NCBI GenBank assembly: GCA_016929715.1
Contig: JAFGIG010000030.1
Span: 1 to 52,433, forward strand
DNA: 52,433 nucleotides
From: a candidate division WOR-3 bacterium
GTDB taxonomy: Bacteria > SDB-A
Direction of reading: 5' to 3'
Shown here: positions 35,296 to 44,523 of the stretch, piece after piece
Layout of the letters: every line of letters starts with the position of its first letter
Position numbering within the stretch: the first letter of the stretch is position 1
The notes under the pieces: model-generated
The model's input: only the letters and a program-made list of their open reading frames with translations
What the model was told of the DNA's origin: nothing
Databases searched by the model: none
Position numbers and translations under genes: made by a program

Positions 35296-36165
35296 ATGAT
35301 AAAATCCGTAAAAGAAATATTGGGTCAGACATTTCTGACTCGTGAAGCCTGGGTGTTCTGGGCGTCTTCTTATATAATACTTTCCCTGATGTATAGATCC
35401 GCTCCCTATTGGAGCTCTCTGGTCCTCAATTATGTCTATTCGACTTTTCTTTTTCTGCTGTTGCCCATTACGGTAGTCTCTTTCCCTAAAGAAAAAAAAC
35501 CCGGCAAGCTCATCTTCTGGTTCACGGCTCTTTTTTTCTCGCTTGGTCCGCTTCTCGCGGCAGAATTATTCCCAAAAATCAGGGCTTCTCTTTTCCCGCC
35601 TTACTCGCCTGCAACAGGGCCTCTCAACGGTCTTGCCGTCGGCATATCCTTCACGGCGCCATGCGCCCTGATAGTATTCACTTATTGTCTGTATTCCGGT
35701 TTCAGCCTTCGTTCGATAGGTTTGGGGACTGGAAAATGGAAATTCTGGCTTCCGCTCGTTTCAGTATTGGTTCTTATAATGACTCCTGTGCTCTTGTATT
35801 TTTCGAAAAAGCCGGATTTTATAGCCACTTATCCGCTTTTTCGACACATGATAAAAAACACAGGAGACTTCTGGGCCATAGATATTTCCTGGTTTTACTA
35901 CCTCTACATATGGGAATTCTTTTTCAGAGGATTCATGCTTTTTTCCCTCGCCAAAAAGACGGGTCCTGCGAGGGCAATTTTCATTCAAGCCGTTGTTTTC
36001 GCTTTCGCCCATCTCGGAAAGCCGGAAATTGAAGTCTATTCCTCTATGATAGGGGGTGTCCTCGTCGGGATTCTTTCTTATTTATCAGGTTCAGTTCTTC
36101 CCGGAGCTCTCATTCATTGGCTTATAGCCATAATAATGGATGTATTCGTGTTCTTCTTCAATTGA
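35296..36165 (+). CDS. CPBP-family (CAAX/Abi) intramembrane metalloprotease
   Basis: Multiple TMs. WEFFFRG, FAFAHLGKP..E, ALIHW. Confidence 0.85.
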   Translation: MIKSVKEILGQTFLTREAWVFWASSYIILSLMYRSAPYWSSLVLNYVYSTFLFLLLPITVVSFPKEKKPGKLIFWFTALFFSLGPLLAAELFPKIRASLFPPYSPATGPLNGLAVGISFTAPCALIVFTYCLYSGFSLRSIGLGTGKWKFWLPLVSVLVLIMTPVLLYFSKKPDFIATYPLFRHMIKNTGDFWAIDISWFYYLYIWEFFFRGFMLFSLAKKTGPARAIFIQAVVFAFAHLGKPEIEVYSSMIGGVLVGILSYLSGSVLPGALIHWLIAIIMDVFVFFFN

Positions 36166-36174
36166 TCTGCTGAT

Positions 36175-36203
36175 TTGATAAAGCTTGGAATTAGTGATAT
36201 AAA
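36175..36203 (+). promoter_or_regulatory. Putative sigma70 promoter of roadblock-Omp85-ABC operon
   Basis: TTGATA, 17 nt spacer, TATAAA with upstream TG. AAGGAG RBS follows. Confidence 0.45.
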
Positions 36204-36224
36204 CTTATATAAAAAGGAGTAGTA

Positions 36225-36626
36225 ATGATAGAATACGCGATTTCAACTCACGCCGATAAGATACTCTCCATGCTCGAGAAATTTGTCGGTGATCACAACT
36301 TCGTCGAAGGTATGACGATAGCTGACAAGGACGGCCTTTCGATTGTCAGCTATTTCCATTCAGAGACACAGGAAGAGATTCTCGCGGCAATATCTCCCGT
36401 GATAATTAAAGACCTTTCTTCTCTTCCTCTCGGCGAAATCAGATATTTTATAGCAATGGGAAAAGATGCTTTTGCGGTCGTCAAACCTCTTGACTCGCAG
36501 ACGTTCCTTTCCATGTTCTCTCAACTTGACGTATGGAACGGACTCATGGGTCAAAAAGACATAATCACGGATTTCGAGATACTGACCGCTCAGCTCATGC
36601 GGCTGGGAAACAGAAATGAAACTTAA
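36225..36626 (+). CDS. Roadblock/LC7 (MglB-like) domain protein
   Basis: 133 aa. VEGMTIADKDGLSIVS...EEILAAIS matches the roadblock pattern. AAGGAG RBS. Confidence 0.65.
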   Translation: MIEYAISTHADKILSMLEKFVGDHNFVEGMTIADKDGLSIVSYFHSETQEEILAAISPVIIKDLSSLPLGEIRYFIAMGKDAFAVVKPLDSQTFLSMFSQLDVWNGLMGQKDIITDFEILTAQLMRLGNRNET

Positions 36627-39450
36627 AATATACTTGCCCCTTCTCTCTCTTTTATTCATTCAGAACTTGACCGCGCAGTATTTCGGCCAGAACAAACTGC
36701 AATACAGGAATTTCGACTGGAAAGTAACCCAGACAGAACACTTCAAAATCTACTATTATCAAGGAATGGACGAAATAGCTTTTTTTGCCTGCCAGGTGGC
36801 CGAAGACGCTTATTCATCATTATCCGTTAATTTCAACCATGAATTCAAGGAAAAAATTCCCGTCCTCATTTACAGGAGCCCGAACGACTTTTCTCAGACC
36901 AACGTAATACTCGATTTGATTTCCGAATCCGTCGGCGGCTTCACAGAATTTTTGAAAAACAGAGTCGTCGTTCCTTTTAACGGCTCTTATTCCGACTTCA
37001 GGCATGTCCTCGCCCACGAGATAACCCACGCGTTTCAAAACGACGTCTTATACGGACAGTCGAATATTTTCCTCAAAATGTATTCCATGGACATACCCCT
37101 TTGGTGGTTTGAAGGCTCAGCCGAATTCGAGTCAAACGGATGGAATTCAGAATCATACATGTATATCAGAGACCTTGTTTTCTCTAACAAACTCGTCAGC
37201 CTCGAAGAGCTCGATTACTACGGCGGATACATAATCTACAAAGAAGGCCAGTCCGTGATGTATTTCATAGCCGAGAAATACGGAAGGCAGAAAATCGGAG
37301 AGATATTCCACAATATAAAAATAACAGGATCTCTCAGAAAAGCGATCCAAAAGACACTGAACATAGAATATGAAAAGTTCAGCGAGGAATGGACAAAATT
37401 TCTCTATTCGCTTTACTGGCCGGATTACAACGCATACGCCGACATAGACGGCTACTCTGTCAGGCTGACAGATACAAAAAACCTTTACAACCGTATAAAC
37501 CTTTCGCCTATTATTTCCCCCGACGGACTCCAAGTCGTTTTCATAAGCGATGCCGGAGTCTACATAGACATCCTCAAGATGTCGGCTCTTTCCGGAAAAA
37601 TCGAAAAGAAACTCGTAGGAGGGCAGAGGACGCCACAGTTTGAAGGGCTTCACATTTTGACGAGTCATGCTTCGTGGTCTCCTGACGGTGAAAAAATAAT
37701 TATTTCTTCCCTGAGCGAGGGCAGGGACCTTTTCTGGATACTGGACGCTAATTCAGGCAGGATCCTCAGAAAGCTCGATTTCGATCTCGACATAGTCCGC
37801 TCTCCTTATTGGTCTAATGAGAACATCATATATTTCGTCGGAACAGCAAACGGCAGGACCGACATATTTTCATCCGACCCTGAAGGGAATTTTCTCCGAA
37901 AAATAACCGACGATGTATTCGACGACAGAGATCCTTTTGTTTCTTCGGACCACAAGTTTTTATACTGGTGCAGCGACAGAAATGAAGGCGAGAATTGGGA
38001 ATACGGAAGTTATTCTGTTTTTCAAATGAATCTCGAAGACGGTTCGGTTCGGGAACTCACGCCGAGAAACCAATCCCTTTCAAATCCCTATGTCCTGTCT
38101 TCAGGCGAAGACGGGAAACAGCATCTTCTCTTTCTCGCTTCATACACTCCGGGCAACAACCTGTTTTCCTGCGACCTTGAAACAGGCGAGATAACCCAGC
38201 TGACTAACCTGCCCGGGGAAATCCAGAGTTTTTCCTTGGATTCAAAGTCGAGCAGAATGGTTATGAGTGTTTACACATCAGGAAAATGGGACATTTTCAC
38301 GGTTCAGAACCCTCTCGAAACACTCGACACTTTCGACTTTGCCTTCGACAGTTCGAAATACATAGAGGTCTATTCCACTGTCCAAAAACCCGGAGACTCC
38401 CTTTCATGGGCTAAGCCGAGTTTAGAGATAAGCGCAGACTGGGGTCAGGCATCAATGGCTTATTCAAGCCTATACGGCTTTGCAGGACTTCTTACGGTCG
38501 CATTGAGCGATTTTATGGGCAATCACAGGTTCCTAATACAGACAGACCTCGCCCAGGACATATTGAAGTCGAATTTCAACATAATTTATTTTTATCTTCC
38601 CAAAAGATGGGACACCGGTTTCGGCATTTATCAGCAGAGTTTCGCTTACTGGTATAAAAGGGACACGATAAACGTGGACAAATACCTCGGGGGTGAATTC
38701 CTTTTTTTGTATCCTTTGAACAGGTTTCAGAGGTTCGATTTGATGCTCGACATATATCAGATAGATCGAAAAAAATATTTCTATGATTCATTCAGAGATG
38801 AGGTGTTTTTTTCGCGTGAGACTTCCGAGGTTTTTTTGGCGCCTTCTCTTTACTATGTTTTCGACAACACACTGTGGGGATACACTTCCCCTTTCCTCGG
38901 AACGAGAATGCGATTCGGGGGAGGACTGGCACAGAGAATTTCCACAAATTCGAGATATCACTGGGGAAGTTTCGACTTGAGGAAATACTGGCGTATCACG
39001 CCCCGCAGCAACGTAGCCTTCAGATTATATCTCGCCGGCATAAGAGGAACAGATCCGCCGAATCTTTATCTCGGTGGATACAACAATCTCAGAGGATACG
39101 AAATAAACGAATTCAGCGGATTCAACACGGGATTTTTCTCTCTCGAAGCGAGGTTCCCTTTCATTGATTATCTGAATGTTATATTTCCTCTGCCTGTTTT
39201 TTTGGGCGGGATAAGGGGATGCCTGTTCGTAGACGCCGGCGGGACAGCGAAGGAAGTTAATGAATTTAAGGTTTTTTCAGACGACCCTGAAAAGGGCTTC
39301 GGGCTCGAAGACTTGAAGATGGACATAGGCTGCGGGATTCGCATGTTTTTCATGACGGCTGTCCTGAAACTCGATTTTGCGGTCCCCACCGATTTGAGGG
39401 ACTTGAACAACAGGACAAAGATATATTTTTCAATCGGGGAAGATTTCTGA
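36616..39450 (+). CDS. Outer-membrane Omp85/BamA-family protein fused to a zincin peptidase and TolB-like PD40 propeller
   Basis: Signal peptide then QYFGQNK. HEITH + WWFEGSAE (gluzincin). PD40 repeats (PIISPDG, ASWSPDG, DPFVSSD). Barrel with LRGY motif and C-terminal beta-signal-like IYFSIGEDF. Confidence 0.85.
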   Translation: MKLKIYLPLLSLLFIQNLTAQYFGQNKLQYRNFDWKVTQTEHFKIYYYQGMDEIAFFACQVAEDAYSSLSVNFNHEFKEKIPVLIYRSPNDFSQTNVILDLISESVGGFTEFLKNRVVVPFNGSYSDFRHVLAHEITHAFQNDVLYGQSNIFLKMYSMDIPLWWFEGSAEFESNGWNSESYMYIRDLVFSNKLVSLEELDYYGGYIIYKEGQSVMYFIAEKYGRQKIGEIFHNIKITGSLRKAIQKTLNIEYEKFSEEWTKFLYSLYWPDYNAYADIDGYSVRLTDTKNLYNRINLSPIISPDGLQVVFISDAGVYIDILKMSALSGKIEKKLVGGQRTPQFEGLHILTSHASWSPDGEKIIISSLSEGRDLFWILDANSGRILRKLDFDLDIVRSPYWSNENIIYFVGTANGRTDIFSSDPEGNFLRKITDDVFDDRDPFVSSDHKFLYWCSDRNEGENWEYGSYSVFQMNLEDGSVRELTPRNQSLSNPYVLSSGEDGKQHLLFLASYTPGNNLFSCDLETGEITQLTNLPGEIQSFSLDSKSSRMVMSVYTSGKWDIFTVQNPLETLDTFDFAFDSSKYIEVYSTVQKPGDSLSWAKPSLEISADWGQASMAYSSLYGFAGLLTVALSDFMGNHRFLIQTDLAQDILKSNFNIIYFYLPKRWDTGFGIYQQSFAYWYKRDTINVDKYLGGEFLFLYPLNRFQRFDLMLDIYQIDRKKYFYDSFRDEVFFSRETSEVFLAPSLYYVFDNTLWGYTSPFLGTRMRFGGGLAQRISTNSRYHWGSFDLRKYWRITPRSNVAFRLYLAGIRGTDPPNLYLGGYNNLRGYEINEFSGFNTGFFSLEARFPFIDYLNVIFPLPVFLGGIRGCLFVDAGGTAKEVNEFKVFSDDPEKGFGLEDLKMDIGCGIRMFFMTAVLKLDFAVPTDLRDLNNRTKIYFSIGEDF

Positions 39451-40388
39451 CAAAAAGATTTTTCGAAAAACATTCGCATTGGCTGTATCTGTTTCCGGCT
39501 CTGTCAGTTCTCGTAGTTTTCAAACTTTTTCCTATTCTTCTGTCGCTAATCGTCAGTTTTTTCAAGTGGAACATGGCGGGTCCGAATACTTTTATTTCAT
39601 TCGGCAATTACCTGAACGTTTTGACTGACTCTCTATTTTGGAATGCTTTTCTAAACACTTTATACTACACCGCTTTCAGCCTTCCTTTCTCAATAGGACT
39701 TTCCATGTTTTTCGCCGTAATGCTCAATTCGGTGACCAAAGGCAGGACTTTTTTCAGAGTTGTTTACTATCTGCCGGTGATAACCTCCATAGTCGCCGTA
39801 TCGGTCATCTGGAAATGGATCTATCACCCCAGAGTCGGCTTGATAAATTCATTTCTTTCGATCCTGAACATTACCGGACCGGAATGGCTCGGAGAATACA
39901 GAGGGATTTTTGAAATTTTTTCGGGTAAAAATTTGCCCTATCTTTTAAAAGGCCCTTCCCTCGCCCTTTTGAGCCTTGCCGCAATGTCAGTCTGGAAAAG
40001 CCTGGGATACGATGTTTTAATTTTTCTCACCGGTCTCCAGAGCATTCCGCAGACTTACTATGAAGCGGCGAAACTCGACGGCGCGGGTTCATGGAAGACC
40101 TTCAGGCACGTTACTTTGCCTTTATTGTCTCCGACGACTTTTTACGTCTTCATTATGTCCACGATAAGCTCTTTTCAGGTCTTCGCTCCGGTCTGGCTGA
40201 TGACCGGTCCTCCGGCGGGAGGACCTCTCGACAGCACTAACGTCGTCGTATTCTATCTATACGAGAAAGCTTTTCAGTTTTTCAAGTTCGGAGCAGCGAG
40301 CGCCACAGCGTTCATTCTTTTTTCAGTCCTCCTCGTTTTGACTGCGATTCAGAAAAGATACTCGGAAAGGAAGGTCTTCTACGGTTAA
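39447..40388 (+). CDS. Carbohydrate ABC transporter permease (UgpA/MalF-like)
   Basis: EAA motif YYEAAKLDGA..W..FRHVTLPLL and YYLPVITS.VA. TM1 (WLYLFPALSVLVVFKLFPILLSL..SF) lies upstream of the ORF-track ATG, so the start is placed at CTG 39447. Confidence 0.9.
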   Translation: MTKRFFEKHSHWLYLFPALSVLVVFKLFPILLSLIVSFFKWNMAGPNTFISFGNYLNVLTDSLFWNAFLNTLYYTAFSLPFSIGLSMFFAVMLNSVTKGRTFFRVVYYLPVITSIVAVSVIWKWIYHPRVGLINSFLSILNITGPEWLGEYRGIFEIFSGKNLPYLLKGPSLALLSLAAMSVWKSLGYDVLIFLTGLQSIPQTYYEAAKLDGAGSWKTFRHVTLPLLSPTTFYVFIMSTISSFQVFAPVWLMTGPPAGGPLDSTNVVVFYLYEKAFQFFKFGAASATAFILFSVLLVLTAIQKRYSERKVFYG

Positions 40389-41199
40389 AAGCAAAAAGAT
40401 ACTTGTCTACACTGTTTTGTCCGCGGGAGCCTTAGCGATGATCTTGCCGTTTTACTGGATGGTCCTAACCGCTTTCAAAACTCCTTCTGAAGCGATTTCC
40501 GTTCCCCCGACGTGGATTCCGTCCGAATGGACATTTTCAAATTTCTCCGAGGCATGGTCAAAAGTCCCTTGGTTGAAATACTTTTTTAATACTGCTTTGG
40601 TCGCTGTTTTCATACTCGCTGGAAATCTTTTGACGTCAATTTTAGCGGGATTCGCTTTTTCCAACTTCGATTTCAAGGGCAAAGAAAAAGTATTTCTACT
40701 ATTTCTCGCCACGATGATGATTCCGATGCCTGTATACATAATACCGGGATATCTGATTCTGACATACTTGAACTGGATAGACACATATGCGGCGCTCATA
40801 GTTCCCTGGACTGTGAGTGTTTTTTCGGTTTTTCTTGTCCGACAGCACATGAAGACTATTCCTCGTGAACTCTGGGATGCCGCGAGAATTGACGGATGCG
40901 GCAAGTTCGGATATCTGTGGAGAATTGTGGTTCCCCTTATAAAACCCGCTCTCGCGACAGTTTCAATTTTTTCAGTAGTGAGTTCATGGAACAGTTTTCT
41001 ATGGCCGCTCGTTGTCACGAACTCAAAACATTTAAGGCCGATTCAGGTGGGGCTCGCCTATTTTACTCAGGAACAGAGCACTGATTACACTCTTCTTTCC
41101 GCCGCGGCGACTTTCACAGCCCTTCCCCTCATAGTTCTGTTTCTTTTCGCCCAAAAAAGGATAATAAACAGTTTCGCCAGATCAGGGTTAAAAGATTGA
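40381..41199 (+). CDS. Carbohydrate ABC transporter permease (UgpE/MalG-like)
   Basis: PFYWM..TAFK, YFFNT, IPRELWDAARIDG, WNSFLWPLVV, FAQKRII. Start placed at ACG 40381 (alternative TTG 40417). Confidence 0.88.
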   Translation, partial: TVKSKKILVYTVLSAGALAMILPFYWMVLTAFKTPSEAISVPPTWIPSEWTFSNFSEAWSKVPWLKYFFNTALVAVFILAGNLLTSILAGFAFSNFDFKGKEKVFLLFLATMMIPMPVYIIPGYLILTYLNWIDTYAALIVPWTVSVFSVFLVRQHMKTIPRELWDAARIDGCGKFGYLWRIVVPLIKPALATVSIFSVVSSWNSFLWPLVVTNSKHLRPIQVGLAYFTQEQSTDYTLLSAAATFTALPLIVLFLFAQKRIINSFARSGLKD

Positions 41200-42443
41200 A
41201 TAAAAGATTCTTTGCTCTTTTTTCTCTCGCCGTTTTATCTTGTTCGAACGGACAACGGGGAAAGGTAACGGTCACTTTCTGGCACGCCATGGGAGGAAGA
41301 CTCGGGACTGTTCTCGACAGCCTTGTAGAAGATTTCAACGGCAAACATACTGAGATTAGAATCATCTCATCTTCCGTCGGAAATTACGGCGCGCTCGCCC
41401 AGAAGCTTATGGCTTCAGTCATGGCAGGTAAACCTCCTGTTATGGCACAGAGCTACGAATCATGGACGGATCAATTCCGAAGAGCGGGAGCAATTGTCCC
41501 GCTTAACGCTTTCGTTGAATCCGACGCGGGATATTCTAAGGACGAAATAGAAGATTTTTTCAGGCCTGTCTGGGAAAACAACTATTGGGGAGACACTATT
41601 TGGAGCATGCCGTTCAATAAAAGCCTCGGAGTTCTCTTCTACAACGCGGATTTTTTCGATTCAGCCGGCATAAGCTTTCCTTCTACATGGGAAGAAATGG
41701 TCAGATTGTGTTCTCTTTTCCCCCCCGAAAAAAATGATTATTACGCTTTCGCACTGCCTTCCAACACTTGGTTTTTTGAAACAGCCCTTTTTCAGAGAAA
41801 AGGCAGACTCTTGGACGATGCCACAGGAGAAGTTTATTTTGACGACAGCATTTCCGCACAACTTCTGACAGAGCTTGTTTTTCTTCTCAAATCGGGAAAC
41901 TGCCGTCTGGGAACCGGCTACGATGGGCAGGATGAATTCGTCTCCGGAAATATTCTGATTTCATGGGGCAGTGTCGTGTCCTATTCTTTCATGGCAAAAA
42001 AGAACCCTTCGTTCAGAATAGGAATCGCCACCTTACCCGCTCCTTTATGGGGAGAGGACGTCAGCGTCATATCCGGAACAAATATTGTTATTTTTTCAAA
42101 GTCGTCTCCGGAACAGCAAGTTGCCGCATGGGAGTTTATCAAATGGTTCAATTCTCCCGAAGTCCAGGCGGCTTGGTCTGCCAGCACCGGATACGTTCCG
42201 ACTCGGAAAAGCTCTCTTGACGCCCGAATTATGAAATCTTACATGTCCGGAATACGCGGACTCGAAGAAGTATATCTAAAAATGTCGGACGCCTTAACAG
42301 AACCGAAAACCGGAGCATGGTTCGCAGGGAGAATATACCTTTCCAGATCAATCGAATACGCCCTAAGAGAGGTCGTTTCGCCCGAAAAAAGCCTCCGAAT
42401 CGGCGCTGATAAACTAAGACGCGACCTCCGGGAAGATTTTTAA
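41196..42443 (+). CDS. ABC transporter substrate-binding lipoprotein (UgpB-like, SBP family 1)
   Basis: Lipobox VLSC. VTFWHAMGG, MPFNKS..VLFYN.D, GTNIVIF, AAWEFIKW, TGYVP. TTGA coupling. Confidence 0.88.
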   Translation: MNKRFFALFSLAVLSCSNGQRGKVTVTFWHAMGGRLGTVLDSLVEDFNGKHTEIRIISSSVGNYGALAQKLMASVMAGKPPVMAQSYESWTDQFRRAGAIVPLNAFVESDAGYSKDEIEDFFRPVWENNYWGDTIWSMPFNKSLGVLFYNADFFDSAGISFPSTWEEMVRLCSLFPPEKNDYYAFALPSNTWFFETALFQRKGRLLDDATGEVYFDDSISAQLLTELVFLLKSGNCRLGTGYDGQDEFVSGNILISWGSVVSYSFMAKKNPSFRIGIATLPAPLWGEDVSVISGTNIVIFSKSSPEQQVAAWEFIKWFNSPEVQAAWSASTGYVPTRKSSLDARIMKSYMSGIRGLEEVYLKMSDALTEPKTGAWFAGRIYLSRSIEYALREVVSPEKSLRIGADKLRRDLREDF

Positions 42444-42451
42444 CTGTTTCG

Positions 42452-42480
42452 TTTTACCAGAGACCAAATAATGATATAAT
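42452..42480 (+). promoter_or_regulatory. Sigma70 promoter of tRNA-Leu-tig-clpPX
   Basis: TTTTAC/TTTACC -35, then an extended -10 TGaTATAAT (TATAAT 42475-42480), 10 nt before the tRNA. Confidence 0.65.
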
Positions 42481-42490
42481 TGGTTTCTCT

Positions 42491-42571
42491 GCGAGAGTGG
42501 CGGAACCGGCAGACGCGCTGGACTTAGGATCCAGTCCTAATAGGGTAGGGGTTCGACTCCCCTCTCTCGCA
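42491..42571 (+). tRNA. tRNA-Leu (anticodon TAG), CCA not encoded
   Basis: Acceptor stem GCGAGAG/CTCTCGC plus discriminator A. D-loop GGCAGA. Anticodon arm CTGGA-CTTAGGA-TCCAG. Long variable arm. T-arm AGGGG-TTCGACT-CCCCT. Followed by ATA. Confidence 0.95.
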
Positions 42572-42608
42572 ATACGATCAAACACAGCGTATTTGAAACC
42601 TGGAGGAA

Positions 42609-43886
42609 ATGTTGAAAGTGACAATCGAAAAGATATCACCTGTAAAGAGAAACCTATTGATAGAAGAATCTTCCGAAGTGATAGACATAGAAGAGAAGAA
42701 GATAATCTCGGAAATCGCATTCACTCATAGATTCCCCGGATTCAGAAAAGGCAAAGTCCCTTATTCTATCGTCAGAAAGATGTTCGGCGACGACATAGCC
42801 GAAACAAGCCTGAACAGCGCAATAGAAAATCTTTCAAGAAAGGCAGTTGAACAGGAAAAACTCGTCCCCATAGGCGGGATAGAGGAAAAAAACGTCAAGA
42901 TTGAAAACGGAATGCTCAGTTTTACTATAACATTCGAGGTTCAGCCTGAAATAGAAGATTATCCTCTCGAAACTCTTGAGGTCGAAAAATCAGTATATTC
43001 CGTGTCTGAAAAACTCGTAAACGAGAGACTCGACCTCATCAGGGAAAGATGCTCGTTTCTGACGACAGCCGAAAGAAGTTCCGCCAAAGGTGATTTCATT
43101 CAGTGCGATATTTCGGCGCGTGACGAAAACGGCGGAGAAATCCCGGAAATTTCCTTCAAAGACAAGATGATAAGCATTGAAGAAGATTATTTTTGGAAAG
43201 GATTTCCGGAAAACATGATAGGCAGAAACAAAAACGACGCTTTTTCTTTTTCTTTCATGATACCTGAAGAAGATCACAAATACGGGGGCAAAAACATTCT
43301 TTTCGATGTTGTGATAAAAGAGATAAAAGAAAAGACTGTCCCCGAACTTGACGACGACCTCGCGAAAGAATTCAACTACAGCGACGTCAAAGAAATGAAA
43401 AGCGATGTTGAAAATAAACTCAGAGAAGAATTAAAAGCTAAAAGCGATGAGGAATTCTATAACAATGTCCTAAGGACTCTTGAGGACGCATATGTTTTTG
43501 AAGTCCCTTCGGCGGTCATAGATAAGGAAACCGAAGACATGCTCGACTTGCTTACTCATAAGCTAAAAATAGAAAAAAACAAGGAAAACCTCAAGTCAGA
43601 AATATCTGAAACGGCAAAAAAAAGAGCAAAGGGCAACATGATTCTCGATCACCTTTCCCAAAAACTCAGCGTTGATATCTCTGATGAAGAACTGAGAGAG
43701 AGTCTTTTGATGGAGATATCAAACGAAGTCGGTTACGACAAACTCAGCAGGCCCGCAATTAAAAGTAAGCTCAATGACTCTGAGTTCGTAAGAAGGGTAT
43801 ATCTAAAAATAAGACGCACAAAAACTTTCGAAAAAATCATTCAAATCATAACAGTCAAGGAGGTTCGGGAAAATGAACCGGAATGA
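42609..43886 (+). CDS. tig: Trigger factor
   Basis: Ribosome-binding [18 protein letters not shown]-like domain, PELDDDLAK. Conserved tRNA-Leu-tig-clpP-clpX order. True start may be TTG 42612, which has better SD spacing. Confidence 0.93.
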   Translation: MLKVTIEKISPVKRNLLIEESSEVIDIEEKKIISEIAFTHRFPGFRKGKVPYSIVRKMFGDDIAETSLNSAIENLSRKAVEQEKLVPIGGIEEKNVKIENGMLSFTITFEVQPEIEDYPLETLEVEKSVYSVSEKLVNERLDLIRERCSFLTTAERSSAKGDFIQCDISARDENGGEIPEISFKDKMISIEEDYFWKGFPENMIGRNKNDAFSFSFMIPEEDHKYGGKNILFDVVIKEIKEKTVPELDDDLAKEFNYSDVKEMKSDVENKLREELKAKSDEEFYNNVLRTLEDAYVFEVPSAVIDKETEDMLDLLTHKLKIEKNKENLKSEISETAKKRAKGNMILDHLSQKLSVDISDEELRESLLMEISNEVGYDKLSRPAIKSKLNDSEFVRRVYLKIRRTKTFEKIIQIITVKEVRENEPE

Positions 43887-44523
43887 GCCGAAATCCTATG
43901 TCGTCCCTCTAGTCATTGAAAGGACATCAAGAGGAGAACAGGCATACGACATATATTCTCGTCTTCTTAAAGACAGAATAATTTTTATAGGGTCGCCAAT
44001 AGACGACAACGTAGCAAACGCCGTAGTAGCACAGCTTTTGTTTCTCGAAGCTGACGACCCGGAAAAGGACATAAATCTTTACATAAATTCACCCGGCGGA
44101 AACATCACTTCCGGGCTGGCTATATACGACACTATGAGATTCATTAAACCGGATATTTCTACTACCTGCCTCGGTCAGGCGACAAGCATGGCTGCTGTTC
44201 TTCTTTCGACAGGCAAAAAAGGCAAGAGGTTTGCCCTCCCTCATTCGAGAATCATGATTCATCAGCCATGGGGCGGGGTTCAGGGACAGGCAATAGACAT
44301 AGAAATAGAAGCCCGGGAAATTCTCAAGATGAGAAAAGAGCTTGAGAAAATTCTTTCCTATCATACCGGACAGACTATAGAGAAGATATCTGCGGATTCA
44401 GACAGAAATTTCTGGATGAACGCCGACGAAGCCAAAGAATACGGCATTGTCGATGAAGTCATACTTTCAAGATCCAAAGAATCACAGGAAAAAAACGGAT
44501 CCGATGATGAAAAAGAAGATTAA
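43873..44523 (+). CDS. clpP: ATP-dependent Clp protease proteolytic subunit
   Basis: [27 protein letters not shown] (Ser), RIMIHQP (His), DRN.WM.A.EA.EYGIVD. Confidence 0.98.
   Translation: MNRNEPKSYVVPLVIERTSRGEQAYDIYSRLLKDRIIFIGSPIDDNVANAVVAQLLFLEADDPEKDINLYINSPGGNITSGLAIYDTMRFIKPDISTTCLGQATSMAAVLLSTGKKGKRFALPHSRIMIHQPWGGVQGQAIDIEIEAREILKMRKELEKILSYHTGQTIEKISADSDRNFWMNADEAKEYGIVDEVILSRSKESQEKNGSDDEKED

Noticed and set aside
42571-42608. tRNA-Leu as an integration site
   Set aside because: No integrase, no duplicated tRNA 3' end seen, and the tRNA-tig-clpP-clpX order is intact.
42454-42730. Short ORFs (77 aa plus, 88 aa minus) upstream of tig
   Set aside because: They overlap the tRNA-Leu gene and tig.
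44447-44503. ORF-track N-terminal extensions (clpX 44447; also 618, 13713, 35213, 47275, 47939)
   Set aside because: They lie within upstream genes or promoter boxes. Downstream starts fit RBS, coupling and family N-termini better.
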